Source: Octopus sinensis (taxonomy: Eukaryota). Taken from it: DNA of 64,000 nucleotides. Location: assembly GCF_006345805.1 (NCBI RefSeq), contig NC_043004.1, forward strand, positions 22,940,001-23,004,000, in the 5' to 3' direction. The notes below the pieces were generated by a model, which was given only the letters and a program-made list of their open reading frames with translations, did not search any database and was not told the DNA's origin. This document shows positions 53,331 to 64,000 of the stretch, piece after piece. A program made the position numbers and the translations under genes. Numbering within the stretch: position 1 is the first letter of the stretch; every line of letters starts with the position of its first letter.

Positions 53331-53584
53331 TTTCTATTGTCTCCTACTGATGTGCTTCAAACTCGCATTCCTACATACACACAATCATACATACATACAT
53401 ACACAAATATATATATATATATATATAATATATACATACCATACATACCAATATATATATATATATATATATAAATATAATATATATATATGATCTGAAT
53501 GATATGATATATATATGTAAAAAATGTAATATATAAATAAATATCTGTAAATATGAACCATCTTCTGATTACCTCATTTCTTCT

Positions 53585-53620
<36 letters not shown>

Positions 53621-53875
53621 TTATTTGAAACACATAAGCACAAGGCAGTAGATAACTACTTACTCATATTATACGTGCATAACCTTGTCGCCAATGTTAC
53701 AAACGAACTACAACACTGAGGACGTATCTCTTTGTAAAGGCATGCAAAAATTTAATAGTTTTAGCTTCAGTTAGAAACCAGTTGCCAACTTAGTTTCAAT
53801 TATAGAGTTCTCTATTGAAATGATTTAATTCGTTTTGATTATAAGGACTTCAACACTCATACATATATATATATA

Positions 53876-53877
<2 letters not shown>

Positions 53878-53946
<69 letters not shown>
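53878..53946. repeat. (GT)n microsatellite
   Basis: Directly visible. Confidence 0.95.
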
Positions 53947-53949
<3 letters not shown>

Positions 53950-54321
53950 TATTTATGTATGTATGTATGCATAACACATACAGTACAGGACATCCCCAAA
54001 AAGTGAAAAATACGTAAACACATAACAAGAAACAAGTACGAGACAAAATACCATAAGAAGTCTAACTCCTTCTCAGTTGTCGACTGTTTATTACTTCCAA
54101 TTACTTCAGCGACACGATAGCAAAACACCATAAGACAGCGGCATCCAGATATCTTAAATATATAGAATTTGTTGGAAGTTAGGGCTTCGAACGAACAAAC
54201 AACGACGGAGTGAACGTACAGAGTAAACAAACGTCGATGACAAACATTATGTATGTGCGTGTGTATATTTGTATGCATATGTATGTACGTGTGCATATAT
54301 GTATGTATATATATATACCTG

Positions 54322-54357
<36 letters not shown>

Positions 54358-54488
54358 ATATATATATACATATATATACATGTATATATATATATACATG
54401 TATATATATATATGCATGTATATATATATATATACATGTATATATATATATGCATGTATATATATATATACATGTATATATATAATAT

Positions 54489-54523
<35 letters not shown>

Positions 54524-55775
54524 GCATGTATATATATATAGGGGAGTTTACGAAAAAACAAAGGACGAAGGCAGGTGGTGTACAAAACAAACAGATGTTT
54601 GCTTTCACACCCCAACTCTCTCACCTAAATATATATATATAGTTGAGAGAGTTGATGTGTGAAAGCACGTGGTTGGATGTATAGAAAATAGAAAAGGGTG
54701 ACAAAACTACAAAAAGTTTGTATTATAAGATTAAAGAATATATTTAAGTCATTATGTTAGAAAAATGTTATAAAATTTGGTGTATAGTAACATAGTTTTT
54801 GGAGAAATAACCAGTTTCGTGTTAACTTTTCAAATTTCTCAAATCTCTTTACCTACATCGTGTCATGCCTTCGATATGAATTTAAGAGTTCCAGGTAGGG
54901 GAAGGTAATCAGGAATTTCTTCCGATATAAGGGAGATAATCGCTTTATATTTTTCTTCTTTTTTTCAATGAGATTAGTTTCCGTGTATAAGAATGTTAGG
55001 ATGGTTAAGTTTTCGTTTATATTTTTCAATGAAGAATATTTCCTTGTTTAATCTAATTTGTGTTGGTTTTCCAATAACACTTTGGTAAAATGGAAAGATT
55101 AAAAATTGTGGTACTAGTAGCTTTGAGCATTTCTCAAAGGAATTTAATATCAATTCATAATGAGGCAATTTGCTGCTTGAAATAAAACAACTAATGAACG
55201 AACATCTATTTATTTGTTCACATATATGAATGTATGCATATATTAAAAGGTATGTTTACCAAGACACTGCGATAGAAATTCGAATATCCGCAAAGACATC
55301 TGTAGAGTACATATCGGTTCGTTACTTCTTGTAATGTTCGGACGAGTCAGACTTGCATGGACTGTTACAGAAGATTTCCACCGTACAAGAGATAGATCAG
55401 TAACTGTTAGCACAGAAGTGGCATGATGCCGGACATATTTACTGATGCTAACAAAACAATTGTAAACTGAACCATAAGCACAGTTAGTTAACCCCATTTT
55501 TGCTGCTTTTTATGAAGACAGATAGACATACAGTTAGTCAAACAGACAGAGAGTTAATCAGACAGACAGACAGTCGCACACAAAAAGAAAGAGACAGACA
55601 GATAGATAGAGTGACTGCTTGATTGCCTCTCTGCAACTTCCGACAATCAGAGTTCAGCTCTTCTATCAACTGAATATTTTATTCAATTACTCAAAGAGAA
55701 AAAAAATTCTAAGTAGCTAAGTTTTACACACACACACACACACACACGCACTAACACACACACACACACACACAT

Positions 55776-55826
<51 letters not shown>

Positions 55827-58800
55827 TACACACACATACACACACGCACATGTCTACGCTTACAATCACGCTCTGAACGTACCAGCGTGACAAATTACAA
55901 AACAACGGCTAATCTTTTGAATTACAATAACATTCCACTTGATGATATATATATATATATTTGGGCACAGGATTTGGGATGAACCGGGCTAAGGATAAAA
56001 ACCGAATGTACTGCATTGTGATATCTGGGCCCTCATAATTATGAAATTAACTTCTTGACCACTCTGTTAGGGTACAACAACTCAGTTCTATGGTTACGAA
56101 TTTTGCTTTGCACGCAGTTCCTACTATTGTCTCTGAGTGACCAATATATGGGAGTAGATATTTTGTAGTCAGGAATGACATTGAAGCCTACTAAACATTA
56201 ATATAGGAGTTTTTACCCAAAAGTGCTCTGATCAGATATAAAAGATGCGCACAATCAGAGCCCATGAACTAAATATTTTGTGTATTATTTATATTCAGGC
56301 GACACACCTTTCGAAATTCTCATTCTGATAACGTGCACAGCCATCCCATCCTTTATTGTACAGTTAAAAAAACACTAAATTTCTGTTCCTGAAGACCATC
56401 CAATTAATTGTGGTTCCTTTTAACTTTCATTTACCCTCGAAAAGTAGTACACTTTCGCCTTCCAATTCATCTGGAGAGAGAAAACATATTGACATCACAG
56501 GCTATGACGTTAGGCATGATTAACTTCACAATAAATCGATGCTGAGTAAGGTTTTGTATGACTCTCTTCTGGAGAGAAATCTGAATGAGTGTTCGGCAAC
56601 GGTTTCCATGAAATATTTTTACGAGTTTTGCTTGTGATTTATGGCTCTGAATGATCAATATCTCCATCTGACACTCGACTATCTACAGCTGACACCCGAT
56701 CATTATCTCCAGCTGACACGTGAAACACGCGTCCCACTCAAAAAGCCGGCATTTTACTAAAGGAATGCTTACTTGAAGCTTAAGGAATTAATTTCAAGGT
56801 CACTTTAATTTGCCAACAAAAAGGTCACTTCAATTTGTCAACAAAAATTACAATCCATTATTACACGTTGATACACAATGGCACGTAATAATTATCAGAT
56901 ATCATGCAAAATATTTGCCGCCAAGCTAAAGGGGACGAGCACCAATGAGCACCAGCTACTCGCAAGTTGTTATTGAGTAAACTTAGTTATCGTGCTGCTC
57001 GCTAAATTTCTGGTAATGCTTTTGGTTTCTCCCAATCTCTCCCCCCTCTCTCTCTCTCTCTCCTACTGCCTTCTTGTTTTTCTCTCTCTTATTCTCTCTC
57101 TTACTGTCTCACTCTCTGTCTCTGTCTCTCTTTCGTCCACCTTCTGCTCGTCTGCTCTGCGTCTGTGTATTTGTCATTCGAAAAACGGCTACACCAATGA
57201 TATTTACAAAAAATTTATAAAACTATGATACAAATGTAATGAACAGAAAAATCAATCATAGCAAATTTATTGAAGAAATATACATAATACATAGCAAAAG
57301 TATTACAAAGTATCATGTGTGAGTGTATACATATATATATGTGTGTGTGTGTATGTATGTATGTACATTACTTAACATGTAGTTCTTGATTGATTTTTTT
57401 TTAGTTCTTTCTTTTACACAATATGTATTTGTGTGTGTATTGTGTATTGTGTGCATGCGCGTGTGTTGTGTATGTACACGCAAGAACATACAAATACACA
57501 TAGTCTAACTTATATATATCAAGTTTTTAGTAAGATGATACATTACTTATCCAAATACAAGACTAAAAGTATTGAAAGTGGATCCACTGCGGAATGTTTA
57601 AACCATTAGTGAATTAAGGCTATTGAAAATGATACATATGCTGTGAACATAGTTTGAATGAGAATTTGTATGTTCATTGCAATATGTCTGCATATAATAG
57701 AAATTCACAATCATAGATAATCACCCATTTTTTTCTTTTTGCATTCATGTAACTTATTAACATATTCGTATATGTGAGGTGGAGATAGATCAGCGATCTT
57801 ACAAGAATGACATCAATTTGCGTCAAAACCACTGATATATAACAGTGTTTTAAATTAATATACTTTGACTTTTGGGAGGCTTGATTAAATATTAATAATT
57901 ACTTGTGGTAGTAGTTATTCTACACATTTTTCTCTGGGGATATGATAATATGAGAATAAAATTTCGTATCCCAATTATAACCAAATTATTATTTAATATT
58001 TAAATAAATTACTGTTTGGGAAATAGTTAAAACTATAAATTTTAGCGAAGTTATTGATGCAGTATGTAAATTTTAAAATACGTTTCTCACCATTGCGTTG
58101 AATAAACTTCAATGTAATTCAGAGTGTAGGTACAAAGTTCAGCAAATTAGTAATGGCATTCATAAATGTGCGTTGGTTAATAATAGATTTTATCTGATTT
58201 GTAAAACACGGCTGAAAAGTTTAGAAGCTCACTTTAGATTTTATTGAATAAAGAAACTTTAGATATAAATCGATATTACCTAGACAGTCTCCTAGTTTTA
58301 GATTATAAAGTGAAATATATTAGCACTTCGCGTCGTGACAAATCATGTGCTTTACAGTAGACAACACAATGTGTATAAGAAAACTGTCAATAATTTTGAG
58401 CAAATAAGACATGCAGAATAGAGGAAAACCACCCAGCATTATCTGACTTATGCAGTATACAATGTAACTTAACTAACTAAAGTCAAGAACATTCCGTTCA
58501 TAATAACGAGGGCACTGACAGCGATTTTATATTTAACCATGGAAGGCGCATCCTATATTCCTCTGACGCGTAATGTGTAACAATCAGTATTTGATTTACT
58601 TTTCAATTCAAACTTGCTTCAACAAAAATCATTACGGGTCTGAATCAGCGATGATAAATATGACATCTCAGAACTTGAATTTGCTCCATTGTTTATAATG
58701 AAATGGCAGACATCCATTTTGTCACTTATAATAAAATTTATTATAACATTTCGTCAAATGGGCCCAGCTTCAAACAGTTCTAATTGTACAAACACTTAGA

Positions 58801-59050
58801 TTGCGAGGAAAGTATTGTTATAATACAAGGTAAAAGTGAATGTGACAGCGAAAATCACCTTCATCTAAAGTTATGATGCGCGCATTGAATTAGAGTTTCA
58901 CGCAGCAAATGTCAAGAGATAGACATTAAGAGTCGCAGCTTTAGATAGTTTATGTAATATTTAGGTATACTAACACAAATGGCGTTGTTATCAGTGTTTA
59001 GGGGCGTAAGTGTGATTTGGACTTTTAGAATCATTCAATATGCACGCGCA

Positions 59051-59120
<70 letters not shown>

Positions 59121-59160
59121 TCACATATATATATATATATATTATATATATATATACACT

Positions 59161-59203
<43 letters not shown>

Positions 59204-60477
59204 AATATATATATACACACATATATATATATACATATATACATATTGAATATATTGAGACATATATATAAATATATGTATATATAAACATATTGAATAT
59301 ATTAATATATATATATATCTATATATATATACATATGTGTGTTTATATGTGTGTTTGTTTAAATAATTATGTGTATATGTGTGTTTATATATGTGCGTGT
59401 CTGTTTAAATATTTATGTGAGTATGTGTGCATTTATACACACCCACATACACAGTTGTTATCATGAAGTACCAGACAGTGTGCAAAGTGAACATAATTCA
59501 AATTTCAAACTACTGAATAAATATGTTATACATAAAGATGAATGTAAATGCAATAATATATATCTAACCAATAGGTATATTGCATGTACACATATACTCA
59601 CAGAGTAAATCAAATTAAACTGTTGAAGCGTACATTTCATGCACTGTTAAATATCCTTATCGTATTTCTAATGCTTATAATTAATGTTTATCCATTAACT
59701 TCCACGCCATGTCCTTTGTTCCAAATTTTCGTGAGCATTGTAGCACATACATCACTATGTGGAGAATTGGATTTCTATTTATTCTCTCTCTATTAATATT
59801 CTATGTTATTATACACAGCGGTCCCTTCTTGGATTGTTCTACTACTGTCACAGTTTTTCTATGAGGGAAGATTGCTCGCTAACCAATTAAGTTTATTCGA
59901 ATTCTGGGGAAACAAACGAATGCACTATGGATTCCGAGGGAAAGAGATGAATCAAGCCCGAGTTCATCACTGGTACCATTATTATGTACCTTTTATTTGT
60001 TTCAGTCACTGGACTGCAATCACGTAAGGACACAAATTTGAAAACTTCAACGGAACAGAAAAACGAACTCGGTTACCGAGCAGTGGTGGAAGTCAAGCTC
60101 AAAGAAATACACATATTACATAGATACGATGTACTTCTTTCAGTTTTCTCACAAGGAGCCTCGCAGTGGTGCCGAATCTGAAAACATGTGACTTGAAAGA
60201 CACTGCTGCGCATGTGCTTTATTTATTGCTCCAGGATGAATGAAAGCCACTTTTAGCTTTGATATGATTTGAAGTCAATAAAAATAACCGAAACGTATGT
60301 TCTACTCGCTCGGCCACCTACGACCTCCAAACTCTTTGGAAAACATTTTCTTTACTTGCATAGTAAATATGTTAGGAAGAAAAATATAAAACACTTCTTT
60401 CCTAAGATAATTTCATACTTATAAAATACCTTTTTCACTGAATTTCAGCTATCTTTCAACAATTCCTCTTCCTTTAA

Positions 60478-60479
<2 letters not shown>

Positions 60480-60519
<40 letters not shown>

Positions 60520-60562
60520 TCGTCTCTCACTTCGTCTCTCTCTTTCTTTCTCTATCGCTTTT

Positions 60563-60608
<46 letters not shown>

Positions 60609-60610
60609 GT
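60480..60610. repeat. (CT)n-rich microsatellite
   Basis: Directly visible; others at about 5647-5706, 7630-7700, 30960-31005 and 45540-45580. Confidence 0.95.
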
Positions 60611-61749
60611 CTGCTCAATCGCATATACTTAGTAACCCTTAGTGGAAAATTAGAATTCTCATTTGTACGCCGGTGGGAATATCAACTATTTTTGAAATAT
60701 TTTTCGTCTACATATCTTGATGAAAAAAGATCTCCGATTTTCCTTACTGTGCATATCGGTCACCCAAATATATATACACATACATATATAAATACACACA
60801 TACATACTACACACACTTTCATACTATACACACATACACACAGCCTCACATACATACATATATATATATATGTGTATATATATGTATGTGTGTATGTGTA
60901 TATTTCTATGTGCAAGTGTGAGTGCAAATTTAGTTTTTGTTTTTTAAGGATGCTTTGAGAAATTATTGATGAAGCAATTCAATACTCAATGTTGAGTCGA
61001 ATCTAGTATGAAATCCATTTTCACTAACTGCTTATTCAACAAATTTGTTTAAACATGCTGTCAGGCGCAACTTAGTCTCATTTCAAACGCGTGGTAGCAC
61101 GTGGAAATTTGTTGTTGCTTGCGTGATAAACTGTTTCGGAATATTTAGGTGCCTTTATATACATTTTATAATTCTTTAAGTGAAAATGACCGTTTTGATA
61201 ATTTAATTTACATGTTTAATAGCTACAGTTCTCTGAGAGCGCATTCGCTTAATATCATTTTGTTTCTGTTTGGTTTTGTTTGTTTTTGAATGAAAGTTTT
61301 GGTTATAGTTTTCTGTATTTAATTTTGTTATGTGTTTGGCAAATTTTATTAGGCTTTATACTTAGTATTATCAGCTTAGTACATCTAATTTGTTTTTATG
61401 TTTTATAGATCAAGTCTCAGAGTTGTTTATGCTGCAATATCCGTTTAAGTTTATTCCCTTTCGTTTATTTAAGTTGTGTGTCTAATAGCCGAAGCTTTAT
61501 GACGGTTTGTGAAGTATGTTTGGTAACGCTTTGTTCGTTCATTTTTGTACTTTGTAACCTTAAGCAGGTGTCAACTCAACATATTAAACTAATATTCCAC
61601 CCTTCCCTAATGTCTGTTATTTCCTAGTAGTATTTATATCTTTGACGCTATTACACCGCCAGATTAACTGATACAGACTACATGGCAAAGCCAGAAATGT
61701 TTCCGATAGGTTGCGGACGAGAGGATGTCTATATTTGATGCATTTCTTT

Positions 61750-62119
61750 ATTACTTCTGCGTCTTCAGCGAAGGCGGAGGTACTGTTTTTTATTCGTGTT
61801 TGTTTGTTTGTCCGTGGACAAGATATCTCAAGAGCAGCTGGATCTATTCGATGAAACTTTCAGGAATGTTTGGCCTCGTGACTGGCACAAACTGATTAGA
61901 TATTGGGATCGATTTGATACCGGGCAACGATTCCGGATTATTTTTCCTCTGTTTCTACTTAATTTTTGAGTGTGGTCGGGCTCATTGCTAGTATTCTCCT
62001 TGTTAGAGCCGTCGAGTTTATTTCAAATATTGTCATTTTGAAAATTATCTCTGGCTAATGATTGAGAGGCCGTTGGTGTTGCCTTGGCGGAGGTTTGCGC
62101 TGTTTGAGTGCTCTTGTTT
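61750..62119 (+). mobile_element. Non-autonomous DNA element with 5' hairpin and GGCGGAGGT at both ends (class unresolved)
   Basis: tacttctgc...gcggaggta hairpin at the 5' end, a (tgtt)n block and ttggcggaggtttgcgctgtttgagtgctcttgtt at the 3' end. Confidence 0.55.
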
Positions 62120-62233
62120 ATATGTTTTTGTTGTGAGCGTTTTGTAGTTAGAGCTTTCTTAATTTCAATGCAAGGTTCTAATGTGAGTCATTTCGTTAGA
62201 TTTAGTTAAGTAATTTTTAAAGCTAGTGTTAGC

Positions 62234-62284
<51 letters not shown>

Positions 62285-62617
62285 TTTATAGTGATTTTGC
62301 TGCATGCATTACAACAATGGCAACGCGTACCTATCATGCATAACTAAAACATTCAGTATACCTGCAAAACATCTCAATCTTTACGTCACCACCAAATGAG
62401 CTTTATCCAGTTCAAGTTTTACTAACTCTGGTGTCTGTTACTCGTTGTCCTTAATCCGTCGCTCAAACATTTTTATCTCTTGGTTTATGCTTCTCTATTC
62501 TTACCCAATTCACCGCCTTATAGACATGATCATTAAAATTTCGCTCTTGTATACACGCTACAATTACAAATGATTCACTCACAAGTTGCACGTTCCTTTA
62601 CAGTTTGTGTTATATAG

Positions 62618-62755
62618 GCGTGACCGTGAGGTACGAAGCTAGTTTCCCCAACTGCATGGTTCCGAGTTCAGTCCCACTGCGTTGCACATTGGGCGTCTTC
62701 TACTAAAGCCTTATGAGTGGATTGTGTAGACGGAATCTGAAAGACATCCGCCTTA
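62618..62755 (+). mobile_element. tRNA-like SINE family A, degraded
   Basis: catggttccgagttcagtcccactgcg...gagtggattgtgtagacggaatctgaaag. Confidence 0.7.
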
Positions 62756-63188
62756 TGTATATATATATATATATATATATAGCTATATCGTTGCTAATGT
62801 GTAAAACAGTCGTAAGTCCAAAACGTTGGTTTTTCAGAAAACGAAAAAATATTTTCATCATTCCATTTCTTTTTATTTTAGCATCAGATTCAGCTTAACA
62901 ATACTACTTTATTGGGTGCATAAAGTCGTAAGTCTATGAATGTATGATATTTTCAGTCAGAAATATTTTTGGAAAACTGCGGTATGTGAGACTTACTACA
63001 CTTTTGAAAAATGCTAAACTGTTGTTCTACACTTTCTCAATTATCATATCTTGGTATCTGAAGCAGCTGGATATACGATAGCTTGAACAATAAACAGGTT
63101 TTGCAAGCAAGATAAAATATTGAAAAACAGAAACGCATTTGGACATACGAAAGTTTAACATAATAGCAAAGATATATATACATATATA

Positions 63189-63229
<41 letters not shown>

Positions 63230-63489
63230 TATATAGTTTAACATAATAGCGCAGATATATACATATATATATATATACACACACGCATGTATGTGTATGT
63301 TTGTGTATGTGTGTGTGCATTTGTTTCTGTGTGTGTGAGTGTGCGCGCTTGCTGTGTATTTGTGTGTCTTTAAGCCCGTACTTGTCCTTCCGCCACCGCT
63401 TCACAACAGGTATTGGTGTACGTTTTTACATTATTTACCTTTAACGAATATTTGTCCTCATCTTGTTTGTATTAATAACATACACCAAG

Positions 63490-63810
63490 TATGCATTCAG
63501 GACATCCGTATACCGGAAGCTGACCTTCAATGGAGGATACCTCAACTTCAATTCCCACCATCCATACAGTGTAGAAAGACGGATTGCTCAATGTCTGAAA
63601 TATCGTGCAAAGAATATAAGAATATAAGTAAGAATATAATGTTCAAGCTCAATAAAAATTTATTAAGGAACACCTAGCCTAAAAACATACTATCCACTCC
63701 AATTATGAAGAAAAGAGAGGATGAAGCCAATAAACGGTCCACAGTCTGTCTACCCTATGTGAAAGGTCTCTCCGCAAAGATACGAAAGATATGCGGCCCA
63801 TATGACAACT
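63490..63810 (+). mobile_element. Penelope-like element RT C-terminal (thumb) fragment
   Basis: FRTSVYRKLTFNGGYLNFNSHHPYSVERRIAQCLKYRAKNI and TVCLPYVKGLSAKIRKIC match PLE VYRKPT.T..YL...SHHP...K...I..L..RA and LPY..G.SE.I.R motifs; disrupted. Confidence 0.85.
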
Positions 63811-64000
63811 TCCTTGTGTTCTGTCTAAGTTGTTTAGTTCGTCTACTGTCATGCGATTACCCTTGCTCCATATCTAAGGATGTTGATAACTTCGATCTTA
63901 TTCCGTCCGTTTAATTTCGACTTAACCGTGGATGCAGTTACCAACAAGGCACAATGACAGGCTTTATGCACGTAATACAGGAGACTTGATCGTAGATAGC

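Noticed and set aside
55960-56640. Possible Tc1-like transposase remnant on the minus strand
   Set aside because: Motif matches (DG..., PDIT) are too weak.

Overview
AT-rich, microsatellite-dense eukaryotic (animal) genomic DNA. The SINE and LINE repertoire matches repeats I recall from Octopus/coleoid cephalopods, which is an inference and not a database result. The only host coding sequence I can support is one 136-nt exon (3677-3812, + strand) from the extracellular ligand-binding domain of a natriuretic-peptide-receptor-like membrane guanylyl cyclase. I found no neighbouring exon, so the rest is probably very long intron. It is filled with decayed mobile elements: CR1/L2-type LINE 3' ends, R4/Dong-type RLE LINE fragments in (TAA)n tracts, tRNA-like SINEs, Tc1/mariner and Helitron remnants, several foldback/MITE elements and many Penelope-like element (PLE) fragments. 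The most notable observations are (i) a series of PLE-type minimal type I hammerhead ribozyme motifs, one with a fully intact core on the sense strand of the host pre-mRNA (22414-22495); (ii) a 56-bp tandem duplication of the exon's AG|GT acceptor that creates a decoy or recursive splice site; and (iii) a near-perfect local inversion-plus-duplication at 36.5-37.1 kb. Almost all ORFs in the supplied track are microsatellite artefacts. All coordinates were counted by hand; element boundaries are approximate unless motifs are quoted.
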